64,000 bases of DNA from positions 128,001 to 192,000 of the forward strand of contig CAWJTV010000047.1 of assembly GCA_963845755.1 (NCBI GenBank), read 5' to 3'. The notes below the pieces were generated by a model. That model worked only from the letters and a program-made list of their open reading frames with translations, did no database searches and had not been told where the DNA came from. Origin of the DNA: an uncultured Planctomycetota bacterium. Its GTDB lineage: Bacteria; Planctomycetota; Planctomycetia; Isosphaerales; Isosphaeraceae. A program made the translations under genes and the position numbers. Below are positions 34,077 through 45,453 of the stretch, one piece after another. The number at the start of each line of letters is the position of its first letter. Position 1 is the stretch's first letter.

Positions 34077-34367
34077 TCAATCGGTCAGTGGGGTGTAAAG
34101 CTCGGGAGTGCGGCTCTCGATGATCGGGAATAATCCCCCTTTCGCGTACTTCTCGAAATGCGGGGCGGCGCGATGGGCGTCGAGCGCGGCCTGGTCATCA
34201 TATTGCTCGTAGAGGAAGAAACGCCGAGGGTCGGCGGTTGACCGGTGCGCCAGGTACATCCGGCAGCCGGGTTCGGTCCGCGTGAGCTCGGTCAGCATGG
34301 TGAAGAGGTCAACGGCCTCGTCCTCGTGGCCCGGCTTGATGATGTAGGTGACGGCGACGCAGATCAT
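34077..34367 (-). CDS. Antibiotic biosynthesis monooxygenase (ABM) family protein
   Basis: TRTEPGC, FFLYEQY, ALDAHRAAPHF. Confidence 0.85.
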   Translation of the reverse strand: MICVAVTYIIKPGHEDEAVDLFTMLTELTRTEPGCRMYLAHRSTADPRRFFLYEQYDDQAALDAHRAAPHFEKYAKGGLFPIIESRTPELYTPLTD

Positions 34368-34518
34368 GATGCACCCCCAGAAGCTCGATTCGCCCGATCC
34401 TCGCGGATACCATGGCAGAGTACCATCCTCGCTCAGACGGCCCCATGACGCCAGACCGACCCGAGGGAGGTCCGGGAAAGCCCGGTCGTCCCCCACCGCT
34501 TTCCCCGAGGATTCACTC

Positions 34519-35795
34519 ATGAATTCGACCGACATGAAGCCGACGCGGCGCATCGATCGCGCCGACCGCGAAGATCCGCGCGGACTTTCCGTCTCTGGAG
34601 CGGCTGCACGAGGGCCACCCCGTGGCCTATTTCGACGGTCCGGGTGGGACCCAGGTTCCTCGGACGGTCGTGGATGCCGTGACCGACTACTTGTTGCACC
34701 ACAATGCGAATACCCACTGGGCGTTCCCGACCAGCGTCGAGACGGACTCCACGCTGGCATCGGCGCGCGAGACCCTGGCCGATTTCCTCAACGCGTCACC
34801 GGCCGAGATCGCGTTCGGTCCTAACATGACCACGCTCACGTTCCACCTGTCCCGAGCCCTGGGCCGATCGCTGGGCCAGGGCGACGCGATCGTGGTCACC
34901 GAGCTGGACCACCATGCCAACATCGATCCCTGGCGTGCGCTGGAGCGCGAGCGCGGTGTCACGATTCTCCAGGCCCGGATGTTCCCCGAGACCGGCCAGC
35001 TCGATTGGGACGATCTGGATCGCTGCCTCAACGATCATCGCTGCCGGCTGCTGGCCATCGGGGCCGCATCGAACGCGCTGGGCACGATCAACGACGTGCC
35101 GCGTGCCGTGGCCATGGCCCACGAGGCCGATGCGCTGACATTCGTCGACGCCGTGCACTTCGCGCCCATGAGCTGATCGACGTTCAGGCCTGGGGTTGCG
35201 ACTTCCTGGCCTGCTCCGCCTACAAGTTCCATGGGCCACACGTCGGGGTCCTCTACGGCAAAAGGGAGCGGCTGCTCGCGCTGGAGGTGCCGAAACTCGA
35301 GCCTGCGTCGGACCAGGTGCCGGACCGGCTGGAGACGGGGACCCAGAACCATGAGGGGATCGTCGGCGCCGCGGCCGCAGTGGATTATCTCGCATCGCTG
35401 GCCGTCGAGCCGCCCGGCTCCGAGCGACTGGCGCGTCGCGATCGACTCCGCACCGTGTTCGACGCACTCCACGAGCGCGGCGCGGAGCTACTGGCCCAGC
35501 TCTGGGACGGACTGGGCGGCATCGCGGGAGTCCGCGTGTTCGGGCCTCCTCCGGCCGCCCGCGCACGCCCACTCTGGCCTTCACGATCGCGGGCTGCCCG
35601 GCAGCCGAGGCCAGCCGGCGGCTGGCCCGACGGGGGATCTTCGCCTCTCATGGCGATTTCTACGCCACGACGGTCGTCCGCAAGCTGGGAGTCGGTGAGG
35701 AAGGGTTGGTCCGGATCGGCTGTGCGTGCTATTCGACCGAAGACGAGGTTGCCCGCGTCGTTGACGCGGTTCGTGAGATTGGCGGCGCGGCGTGA
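34519..35795 (+). CDS. Cysteine desulfurase-like PLP enzyme, class V aminotransferase (frameshifts near 34570, 35165, 35565)
   Basis: RADFPSL, YFDGPGGTQVP, LDHHANIDPW, DAVH, CSAYKFHGPH, ETGT. Confidence 0.88.
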
Positions 35796-35887
35796 GGATC
35801 GACCGGTTCATGCCACATTCGCCGGGCATCGGTCGTCCTCGAGTCCCGAAGTCGCGAGCCGGCTATCCGCTTCTTCGCGGCCCGACC

Positions 35888-36505
35888 TCACTTGCTGTTC
35901 TCGAACTTCATCAGCTCCATGGTGATGTTTCCGCCCTGCATGACTATCGATTGCTTGACGATGCCAACCCCAGGAGCGAACCACGAGGTAATACGTGCTT
36001 GAGTCCCGCCCTCCTTCTTGTCGATCGCCACGGAGATCGCCCGATAGGTTCCAGCGGGCACCTTCACCTCCTCGTGGATGCCGGTCTTGGCGGTCATGGA
36101 TACAGGCTCGTCGCCGAGCTTGATCTCGGCCTTCCAGGTCTCGCCCTCCTTGATCGGATTCCTCAGGAGGCAGGCCGGGGGAGACATCGGGATATGATTG
36201 ATGCGATGTCGGAAAACCCCTCCGGCATCGACGCCGATTTGCTCGGTGCCCCTGATCTCTCCATTGATCACCATCTCGACTCGTGCCAGTTGTTTGCCAT
36301 CGACATCCTCGATCTTGGCAATCTGGTAGAGGAACACGACCTTTCGCCCGTTGCCCAGCTCGACCAGATAATGCCACTTGTTGCCGACCTTCATCGGGTA
36401 GTAATCGGCCGCCTTGTCCTGGGCCTCTGCCTTCTTCTCCGACTGCTGCGCCAGGCAGGGTAGGGCTGCCAGGAGCACGACGGCGAAACCGGTGATCGTT
36501 CTCAT
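35888..36505 (-). CDS. Secreted beta-rich hypothetical protein
   Basis: Signal peptide; YYPMKVGNKWHY, VKVPAGTY, WFAPGVGIVK. Confidence 0.7.
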   Translation of the reverse strand: MRTITGFAVVLLAALPCLAQQSEKKAEAQDKAADYYPMKVGNKWHYLVELGNGRKVVFLYQIAKIEDVDGKQLARVEMVINGEIRGTEQIGVDAGGVFRHRINHIPMSPPACLLRNPIKEGETWKAEIKLGDEPVSMTAKTGIHEEVKVPAGTYRAISVAIDKKEGGTQARITSWFAPGVGIVKQSIVMQGGNITMELMKFENSK

Positions 36506-36718
36506 GCGAATTCTCCTCCGCGCGGCCTCCTCGGTCGGACCGCGTGATTGGCCAGGAAAACCGGCCCACGGCGGGCCTCGCGAGACCGAGGGTTGGCACT
36601 CGCAGCCACCCTCAGAACGTACCCGGAAACGGGACCTGGTGCCAGTGGCACCAGCGGTCGGGGTCCACGAAGAGCGGATCCTCTCCCTATTCCAATCGGA
36701 CGTCGTCGTTCGATCGGC

Positions 36719-39700
36719 TCAGTGCTCGGCGTCGCGGACCACCAACGAATAGAGTGAGGGGACGACGAACAGGGTGGTCACCAGGCCGGCGAGGATGCCA
36801 CCGATCACGGCACGGCCCAGCGGCGCATTGGCCTCGCTGCCTCGTGCCGTGGCCAGCGCCATGGGGATCAGCGCGAAGAAGGCGGCCAGCGCCGTCATGA
36901 CGACCGGACGCGCACGGATCGATGCGGCTTTCCGGATCGCCTGGTCGGGAGTGAGACCCAGCTCAACCCTGAGGTTCTGCGCGAAGTTGACCAGGAGCAC
37001 CGTATTCGAAACGACAATCCCCACCATGAAGATAACCCCGAGCAGCGACTGCACGTTGATCGCCGTATTCGTGACGTAGAGCATCGTCACCACGCCGACG
37101 AGCCCAAGAGGCACGGCGAACAGGATAACCAGGGGCGTCAGATAGGACTTGAAGAGTGCCGCCATCAAGAAATAGATCAACATCGTCGCCAGGATCAGAC
37201 CGAAGCCCAGGCTGCGGAACGTCTCCTGCATGCGCGAGTATTCCCCGCTGAGCTCGATCATTGCACCCTTGATCACCTTCCGATCGGCAGAATGATCATT
37301 GGGATCGAAAGGGATCCACGATCCATCGGGCTGCTCGACGCCGAACCGGGCGACCACGCGGGCGACGTCGTCGGCCACGTGGCCGAGGTCGCGCCCGGAG
37401 ACTCCCATGGTAAGGTCAATCGTCGATTGGAGGTTGTTGTGCGTGATCTCCGTCGGTACAGACGAGGGCCGGAGGGTGGCGATGTTCCGGAGGGGAATCG
37501 GCTTGTCTTGTCCTGGTGCGGTGATCGGCACGTCGAGAAGCGTCTCGACCGAGTCGATGTCCTCCTCGAAGTATTGCACGCCGACGAAATACTGGTTCTT
37601 GCTCACCGGATCGATCCAGAAGTTCTTCTTGTAGAACTGGATGCTGGAGTTGAGCGCGGCGACGACGTTCTTCATGACCTCGGCCTGATTCAGCTTGAGG
37701 TCGGCGACCTTCGCGCGGTCGACCTCGATGATGTACTCGGGATAGTCGAGCCTCTGGATGATCCGGGCGTCGACCACGCCATCGATGGCGGCCACCTCGC
37801 GCTGGATCGCCTCGGCGATCGAGCGGGCCTGGACAAGGTTCTTCGCCGAGAGGCGGATGTTGATCGGGGAGGACTTTCCTTCATTCATCGCCGACCGGAT
37901 CATGCCGCCCGCATCAAAAGCGAACTCCAGGTCTTGGAACTTGGAATCCCTCGCAAACCCGTCGCGAAGCTTCTCGACATATTCCTGGGCGGAGTGCTCG
38001 CGCTCGTGCTTGAGCTGGACCTTGACGACCGCGTCCATTGGGCCGGCGTTGGGAGTATAGGCGGCCGACAGGTCGGCGACGACCCCGAGCTCGGAAATGA
38101 TGATTTGCAGGTCCTCGCCGATCGTCTCCCGGACAAACTGCTCGACCCTGGCGATCTTCTTTTCGGTCTCCTCGATCCTCGTACCACTGTGGGCGCGGGC
38201 GTAGATTTCGAAGGCGCCTGAATCCACCTCGGGGAAGAACTCACGCCGCAACCGGCTACCCAGGCCGACCAGGGTCGCCACCAGCAGTCCGACCGCCACC
38301 AGGACCACGGCAAGGCGATGCCTCATCGAGCGGTCGAGGATTCGAACGTACCCGGCGATGCCCGATTCGATCAGGGCCTCCCAGCGCGCGAATGCGCGGC
38401 CCAGCATCCCCTGACGAGCGACTCGTCGGTCGTCGCCGGACGAACCCGGCTCGAACGAGTCTCGGTCCTCGACCTCGCGTTCGTGTGTGAGTTCGTGTTC
38501 GTCTGGCTGATGTTCATCGCCTGGAGGCCCGTGATTGGAGTGAGGCTTCAGCCAGGTCGCGGCCCGGGACGGGACGAAAGACCGAGACAGCAGATAGGCG
38601 AAGATCATGGCGAACGCCACGCCCGCGGCCATGGGCCGGTAGAGGAATTCACCCAGCCCGGGCATGAGGGCCAAGGGAGCCAGCACGAGCAGGGTGCAAA
38701 GACTCGCCACCAGTTCCGGCATCGCCACCTCGCTGGCCCCACGGAACGCCGCCTCTTCGGGCGTCGCGCCCAGCCCCAGGTGCCGGTGCGTATTCTCGAG
38801 GCAGATGATCGCGCTGTCCACCATCGGGCCGATCGCCAGCGACAGCCCGGCCAGCGTCATGACGTTGATCGTGTTGCCCGAGGCGTACAGGCCGATCAGC
38901 GACGAGAGGACGGCGATCGGGATCGTCAGCACGGCGATGACCGTCATCCTCCACTCGCCCAGGAATAGCAAGATCACCAGTGAGCAGAGGACCGCCCCCA
39001 GGACGCCTTCTTCCACCAGGCTCTCGATCGAGTGGCGTACATAGACCGATTGGTCCATCACCACTTTCAGGTTGATCCCCGGCCGGGTCAATCGCGCCTC
39101 GATCTTATCGAGTGCCCCCTTGAGCGTGTTGACCACCTGGAGCGTACTCGAGCCGAGCTGGCGGAAGACGGGGATATAGACCTGACGCCGGCCATTGACT
39201 CGCACGACGTTGGTCTGGATGAAGTTGGCGTCCTTGGGCGTCGCGACGTCGCGGAGGAACGTCGCATTGCCCGGCTCGTTGCGCAGGGGGATCTCCTCCA
39301 TCCGTCCCACGACATCGACCATCGAGTTGCTGTCGATGGCATAGTCAGTCGTGCCGAACTTAGCGCTGCCGGTGGGAAGGAAGACATTGTATTCGTTGAC
39401 GGCCTTCAACACATCCATCGGCGACAGGTGGCGGGCCTGGAGCCGGATGCGATCGAGGTACACCATGATGGCACGGACCTTGCCGCCATAGACCAACGGG
39501 GTCAGGGCGCCGGGCTGCGACATGATCTGCGGACGGACCTCGTATCGCCCAACGTCGAAGAGGGCCGCCTCCCCTTGGGTCTGACTGTCGAGTGCGACCA
39601 GGCAGACCGGCGTCGCGCTCGTCGGATCATAGGGCAGTACGACCGGCGGCAAAGTGCCCGGCGGCATCGTGGGGTATTCCCATCCGGCGTACGAGCTGAC

Positions 39701-40024
39701 CTCGGTCAGCGCACCACTGCGGTTGACGTTGCTGCGGAAATAATCGCGGACGATGCTGATCCCGACGATCGAGCGCGACTCCAAACGCCGCCCGCCGGAA
39801 GCCTGGCCCACGCCACGTTCCAATCGCGCCGTGATGTTCTTCTCGATGCTGGCTGCCGGCATGCCGCTGTAGAAGACAAGCGTTTGCACTGCCGGGCTCT
39901 TGAATACCGGTAGGATGTCGATCGGGATCGAGTAGGCCGACAGGCTGCCCAGCACCACCAGCGCCAGGACCATCACTGTGACGGCAATCGGATTCTTTAG
40001 GGAAGCATGAATCAGGCCATTCAT
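36719..40024 (-). CDS. RND efflux transporter permease (AcrB/CzcA family)
   Basis: 1101 aa; IPIDILP, NVMTLAGLSLAIGPMVDSAI, RARPVVMT, PLGRAVIGG. Confidence 0.93.
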   Translation of the reverse strand: MNGLIHASLKNPIAVTVMVLALVVLGSLSAYSIPIDILPVFKSPAVQTLVFYSGMPAASIEKNITARLERGVGQASGGRRLESRSIVGISIVRDYFRSNVNRSGALTEVSSYAGWEYPTMPPGTLPPVVLPYDPTSATPVCLVALDSQTQGEAALFDVGRYEVRPQIMSQPGALTPLVYGGKVRAIMVYLDRIRLQARHLSPMDVLKAVNEYNVFLPTGSAKFGTTDYAIDSNSMVDVVGRMEEIPLRNEPGNATFLRDVATPKDANFIQTNVVRVNGRRQVYIPVFRQLGSSTLQVVNTLKGALDKIEARLTRPGINLKVVMDQSVYVRHSIESLVEEGVLGAVLCSLVILLFLGEWRMTVIAVLTIPIAVLSSLIGLYASGNTINVMTLAGLSLAIGPMVDSAIICLENTHRHLGLGATPEEAAFRGASEVAMPELVASLCTLLVLAPLALMPGLGEFLYRPMAAGVAFAMIFAYLLSRSFVPSRAATWLKPHSNHGPPGDEHQPDEHELTHEREVEDRDSFEPGSSGDDRRVARQGMLGRAFARWEALIESGIAGYVRILDRSMRHRLAVVLVAVGLLVATLVGLGSRLRREFFPEVDSGAFEIYARAHSGTRIEETEKKIARVEQFVRETIGEDLQIIISELGVVADLSAAYTPNAGPMDAVVKVQLKHEREHSAQEYVEKLRDGFARDSKFQDLEFAFDAGGMIRSAMNEGKSSPINIRLSAKNLVQARSIAEAIQREVAAIDGVVDARIIQRLDYPEYIIEVDRAKVADLKLNQAEVMKNVVAALNSSIQFYKKNFWIDPVSKNQYFVGVQYFEEDIDSVETLLDVPITAPGQDKPIPLRNIATLRPSSVPTEITHNNLQSTIDLTMGVSGRDLGHVADDVARVVARFGVEQPDGSWIPFDPNDHSADRKVIKGAMIELSGEYSRMQETFRSLGFGLILATMLIYFLMAALFKSYLTPLVILFAVPLGLVGVVTMLYVTNTAINVQSLLGVIFMVGIVVSNTVLLVNFAQNLRVELGLTPDQAIRKAASIRARPVVMTALAAFFALIPMALATARGSEANAPLGRAVIGGILAGLVTTLFVVPSLYSLVVRDAEH

Positions 40025-40114
40025 CGATCGAGCCGTCCCTCCCGAAGTTCTACAATTGAGGCAACGTGTGGGTGCTGGATGAACTTTCCGAGGTTGCGCT
40101 CATCGCTTGCTCAG

Positions 40115-40221
40115 AAACTATCCGAGAATCTTGTAGGGTGGGTGAAACCCACCAGGAAGTGTGCCGATTCTGGTGGGTTTCACTCACCCTACAAACCCCG
40201 GATCCGCTTCTCGGACAGTTT
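40115..40221. repeat. Composite element: GTAG-type REP pair inside outer inverted repeats
   Basis: Inner 40131-40155 and 40170-40194 (24/25 inverted); outer 40115-40128 and 40208-40221 (13/14 inverted). Confidence 0.85.
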
Positions 40222-40230
40222 GTTAGCGGG

Positions 40231-41612
40231 TTACGGACTCACGGTGACGCGCATGCCGTCTTCCAGCGGGGTTCCGCCGGGCGCACGACTGCGTCATCCG
40301 GCCCGATCCCGGAGAGGATCTCGACCTGGGAGCCGTTGTCGCCTCCCAGCTTCACCTCGGTGCGCCGGGCGATCCCATCGCGGACGACGAAGACGATCCC
40401 GCCGGCGCGCGCCGCTGTGCTCGACCACGGAGGCGGTCGGCAGCGCCAGGTTCCGGGCATTTCGTTCGAGGGTGATGATGGCCTTTCCGTACATCCCGTC
40501 GCAGAGAAGGTCTCCCGGGTTGGGCAGGTCGATCTCGACGCGCATCATGCGTTCGGCGTCCTCGGCCCGCGCGATTCGCGCGAGGGTCCCTTTGAACGAT
40601 TGATCGCCGAGGGCGTTCGACGCTGACGACCGCGGAGTCGCCGACCCTGGTCAGGGCGACGTCACGGTCGGGGACCAGAACGACGACCCTCATCACGTCG
40701 GTCCGCTTGACCGTCAGTAGCGGCTGCGGCTGTCCTCCTTCCGTAGCGGATCGGATGAGCGCTCCCGGGTGAAACGTCCTGTGGGTGACCACCCCATCGA
40801 AAGGCGCGACAATTTTGGCGTAGACCAGGTTGACCTTCAGTCGGTCCAGGCGTGCCTGGACCACACCCAGGTTTGCCTTGGCCTCTAGGGCGTCGGCCTT
40901 GGCTTGCTCGATAGCGGCCTGGGCGCCCAGCACCTTTGCCTTGGCACTCTGGATCTCGGCCGAACCGGTCCGCTCGGCAGCGGTCGCCGCATCGAGGTCG
41001 CTGAGCTGCTCGTCGGCGACGAGGGACGTGGTCGCCCGCTCAGCGACGAGGCCGTTGATCCGCGCGTATTGTTTCTCCGCAAACTTTCGGCGGGCGACGA
41101 GGCGCTCCAGGTCCGATTCGGCGACCTTGGCCGCGGCGGCCGCGGCGTCACGCTGGGCCTCGGCCATCCGGATCCGCGCGTCGGCCTGCACGACCTGGGC
41201 TCGAGCTTGTTCGACGAGCGAGGCCGCCTCTTCGACGGTTTTCGCATCCCGCGGCACGTTGATCTCGGCCAGCACTTCGCCCTTCTTGATTCGGGACCCG
41301 ATGTTCAACTTCCTGCGTCTTGAGGTAACCAGAAACCATCGCGTAGAGGTTGACCGACTCGAAAGAATGGATCGACGCTGGCTGCTGGATCGTGCGCGGA
41401 ATGCCCCCCGCTTGGGGACGGACCATTTCCACGCTCGGCGCCGGCCGCTCGCGTGCCTCAGCCACCTTACTCGATGAGACTTCCTTCGAGAGCGCACCCC
41501 GACGCGCCAGCCAGAAGCCGGCGCCGATCGCCGCCACGGCGATCACGACCCCCGCCAGTCTCCGCCAGGACAACCGCGTGCGCGTCTTTCTAGCCTCGAG
41601 AGTCTGAGTCAT
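40231..41612 (-). CDS. RND periplasmic adaptor (MFP) subunit (frameshifts near 41305, 40620, 40410, 40280)
   Basis: TM; IGSRIKKGEVLAEI, IVAPFDGVVTHR, MRVEIDLPNP; ends GMRVTVSP. Confidence 0.85.
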
Positions 41613-41754
41613 CGGCTTCCCCGGGAAGAGGGACAAATGTTCCGTACGGAAACAGAGACCACGTGGACTTGCGTGGAGCGGCTCCCGTCAACCTAAATTC
41701 TCGCAGGCTTTCCCTTTCTGTCTACCTTCGCCTGCCCTTGGCGTGAGCGGCGAA

Positions 41755-41770
41755 TTCACGAGAACTTCAC
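41755..41770. promoter_or_regulatory. Possible OmpR-family binding site
   Basis: TTCAC-N6-TTCAC direct repeat (11-bp period) in the divergent MFP/TolC intergenic region. Confidence 0.35.
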
Positions 41771-41970
41771 AAAACATGGCCCGACAGGTATTTAGGCAAT
41801 TTTAAGAAATAGTTTATTCGAAGGGGTGTTCAGGTTCATGGTGTCGAGGACGAAATGGATTGGAAGACCTGTGTCGCGCGACCGGACGTCGGAGGAAGGC
41901 CCAATCGACTGGAGCGGGATTTCATTTGCTCACTCGAACAATCCGCACAACCTTCAGCGAAGAAACAGAA

Positions 41971-43759
41971 ATGACCGAATATCAGGGAAGAGCGAACCGG
42001 GGATCTTTCGCTCTCTCGACGGTCGTCGGAGTCAGGAGGGCTCTTGCCATGGGACGGATCTTGAAAACATGGCGGATGACCGCGCCAGCCTTACTGATGA
42101 CACTGGCGGCGGACCTGGAGTTAGCTCCATTTGCCTGGAGCCAATCTTCCATGTCGACATCCGCGACATCGTCGACAGCCAAGACGTCAAGTAACGGAGT
42201 ATCGATTCCGCCTCCCCGACGGTTCGATCAGAAGGAGCCGGTAGCGCGGCGGATCCAACTGGCTGGAAGTTCGGTGGTGCCGGCAGGCAAGACGGGAGGG
42301 CCAGCTCGTCCATGCCGACGGCGGTCCCGTTGCCGGGTGAGTCCGAAGCACCTAACTCGGCCGTGGACTTGGTGAACCCGGCTGGCACGCCGGCACCGCC
42401 GCCGCGGCTTCCGCTCGATACGGCGCTGATCCCTGGCCGGCCGGTCCAGCCGATCGACCTGGCCAATGCGCTGAGACTGGCCGGAGTCACCGAGCTGGAT
42501 ATCGCGACAGCCCGGCAGCGCATCCTCGAGGCGGCGGCCTCCCTGACCCAGGCGCTGCGCTGTGGCTGCCGTCGCTCTTCTACGGGCCGAGCTGGTATCG
42601 GTCCGACGGCCAGATCCAGACTGTCACGGGCCAGGTCCAGACGATCGACCGGAGCTCGCTGTTCGTCGGTGGTACGGCGGCGCTGGCAAATACCATACAA
42701 GGTCCTCCGCCGGGGACGGGCATTCCTTCCGTGAACGGGATGACCTCGGTGCTGCGGATTTCCGACGCCATCTTCGAACCCATGGCGGCGCGGCGCCTCC
42801 TCGACGCGAATCGGGCCGGACTCCGGACCGCGACCAACGACGCAATGTTGCAGGTCTCCGAGTACTACTTCACTCTCCAGGCCGGCATCGGGCGCCTGGC
42901 CATCGCCCGAGAGGCCGCGGCGAACGCCGGGGCCCTCTCGGCGATTACCGCGGCCTACGCCCGCCTGGGACAGGGCCTCGAAGCCGACCATCGCCGCGCA
43001 TTGACCGAGCTCAAACACCGGCGCCGCGAGACCAATCTCGCCATCGGGCAGTTACTCGTCGCTTCGGCCGATCTGGTCCGCCTTCTCGTGCTCGACCCGA
43101 AGATCGTGCTCGCCCCGGTCGAGCCATCAGAGTGCATCATCCGCCTGGTCCCGGATGAAATCCCGCTCGATGACCTGCTCAATCAGGGGCTGCGCTACCG
43201 CCCTGAACTGGCCAGCGCACAGAACGAGGTGGAAGCGGCCTTCATCCGGAGGAGACAGGCGCGGCTGCGCCCGTTCGTACCGAGCGTATTCTTCACATAC
43301 GCAGGGGGCGGATTAGGGGGCGGCGCGAATGCATTCTTCGGCAACTTCGGTGCGCGAGGCGACGGCGAGGTCGGCCTGTTCTGGGAACTCCAGAACCTTG
43401 GCTTCACCGACTTCGCCATCATGCGCCGCCGCGCGGCCGAACTCGAGATCGCCAACCTGGCGAAGTACCGCACCCAGACCCGCGTCGGCGCCGATGTCGT
43501 CGCCTCGTTCGAGACCCGCCAGGCTGCCTCCCGCCAGATCGAGGATGCCCGCGAGACCGTCGTCGAGGCCCTCGACTCACTCAAGCTCAACTTCGTGAAC
43601 ATTCGACAGGGCGCGGAATTGCCCCGTGCCACGCGGCCCATCGAGGTCTTGCAGCCGATCCAGGCGCTGGCCCAGGCCCGGCTCGATTATCTCGACTCGG
43701 TCCTTTCCTATAATCGCGCCCAGTTCCGCCTCAAACGGGCGATCGGTCAGCAGCCCTGA
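41971..43759 (+). CDS. TolC family outer-membrane protein (frameshifts near 42300 and 42560; start uncertain)
   Basis: PIDLANALRLAG, RPELASA, RPIEVLQPIQALAQAR, YNRAQFRLKRAIG. Confidence 0.8.
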
Positions 43760-43844
43760 GACGAGAGGAGAGGACTGGCCCGACGCGGCTCGATCGGCGA
43801 TCATGATGGGGGACCGTATCCTCAACAGAACCCGGGAGACGACC

Positions 43845-44195
43845 ATGAGCGTTGCAACTCGCTTCCTGCGCCGAGACCCCGCCGACGTCGAGCCCTGGGC
43901 CGAAACCTGCGGCCAGATTCGACCGCTCGTCGAAGAGGCCGATGGAGCCGCCGCCGAGATCCACCACGTCGAGATCCAGGACGCCCGGCTGCACTACCAC
44001 GCGCGGACCGACGAGTTCTACTACATCATCGACGGCACTGGCACGATGGTCCTGGATGACGAGGAGATCGAGCTGCATCGAGGCGTGGTCGTCTACGTGC
44101 CCCGGGGCGTGAAGCACAAGGCCATCGGCCGGTTGACGATCCTCACCGTCTGCATCCCGCCGGGCGTCCTGGGCGACATCCACGAGATGGAGTGA
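43845..44195 (+). CDS. Cupin domain protein
   Basis: LHYHARTDEFYYIIDGTG and VYVPRGVKH. Confidence 0.88.
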   Translation: MSVATRFLRRDPADVEPWAETCGQIRPLVEEADGAAAEIHHVEIQDARLHYHARTDEFYYIIDGTGTMVLDDEEIELHRGVVVYVPRGVKHKAIGRLTILTVCIPPGVLGDIHEME

Positions 44196-44454
44196 GCCCC
44201 AAGGCTATTCACTAAGGAGTAGCATTTATAGAAAAATTGATTTGAATATTTTCATAGTTTATTTATTATATTAACATCGATGGATCGAGCGGTCGGTTGT
44301 CGCACCTGTTCCTCCACCTGTTCTCAGGTGCACGGCTCACGCTCGAATCGTGCAGGTACCACGCGATCGCAATGGCATGCGCGGCCCATTCGCGAAGCGC
44401 CCTCGGTTCCGGTTTCCGAGATCGCGAGGCCGTTGAGGGCGTGACGTACGGGGG

Positions 44455-45315
44455 ATGTCGATGACGTTAGTCGCCCTCGGGCTGGTCCTGATCGCGGCGT
44501 TCCTCCACGCGACCTGGAACCTGCTGGCCAAGCGGGCCGGCGGGGGCGGCTCCTTGGTCTGGCTCTACGGGACGATCTCGGCAGTGCTTCTCACGCCGCC
44601 GGGCCTTGCCGCAATCGTCATCAGGCGAGGCGGGATCGGCTCCATGGGGCTGGTTTGCGCGTTCGCCAGTGCCATCCTGCACGTCGCCTACTTCCTGATC
44701 CTTCAACGTGGGTACCAGATCGGTGACCTGTCGGTCGTCTATCCGATCGCCCGGGGCACGGCCCCTGTGCTGACCACGGTCGCCGCCGTCGCCCTGCTTG
44801 GCGAGCGACCCTCGCTACCGGCGCTCTGCGGTGCGATCCTGGTTGCGCTGGGTGTTTTTATCCTGGCGAAACCCGACCAAGGGACTGCGGTTGACGGTCG
44901 TCGGGTTGTCGCCTTCGGCCTGGTGACCGGCGTCTTGATCGCCTGCTATACGATCTGCGACAAGCTGGCCGTCGCCAATTACGGAGTTCCACCACTGATC
45001 CAGCAATGGGGAACCAGTCTCGGAATCGCCATCTTTCTCGCCCCGGTCACGATCCGGAGCCGACCCGAGGTCCGAGACCTGTGGAACACGAAGTGGCGTG
45101 AGATCCTGGCCATCGGCGTGCTGGTCCCGGCGGCCTATATCCTCGTACTGACCGCGATGACGATCAGCCCGGTCAGCTATGTCGCCCCGGCGCGGGAGAT
45201 CAGCATCTTGTTTGCTACGATGATGGGGACACACCTTTTGTCCGAGAATCGCTCGGGAAGGCAAATCGCCGCCGTGATCATGGTCATCGGGGTGATCGCG
45301 TTGGCCCTGGGATAG
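44455..45315 (+). CDS. DMT/EamA family transporter
   Basis: AAFLHATWNLLAK, GDLSVVYPIARGTAP, VSYVAPAREISI. Confidence 0.88.
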   Translation: MSMTLVALGLVLIAAFLHATWNLLAKRAGGGGSLVWLYGTISAVLLTPPGLAAIVIRRGGIGSMGLVCAFASAILHVAYFLILQRGYQIGDLSVVYPIARGTAPVLTTVAAVALLGERPSLPALCGAILVALGVFILAKPDQGTAVDGRRVVAFGLVTGVLIACYTICDKLAVANYGVPPLIQQWGTSLGIAIFLAPVTIRSRPEVRDLWNTKWREILAIGVLVPAAYILVLTAMTISPVSYVAPAREISILFATMMGTHLLSENRSGRQIAAVIMVIGVIALALG

Positions 45316-45453
45316 CCCACGTCACGCTCGATCGCCCAAGAGCCGGACTGAAAGAGGAACCTGCATCCGATCGCACGACGCATGCGCGCCCCGGTCGTGC
45401 TCCGACGGATCCCTCGTGTCCTCGCCATTCGTCGTAGTCGGCGCCTTGGAGAG

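Noticed and set aside
32586..35795. Biosynthetic gene cluster (P450, ABM, PLP enzyme)
   Set aside because: No core synthase or precursor peptide was identified nearby.
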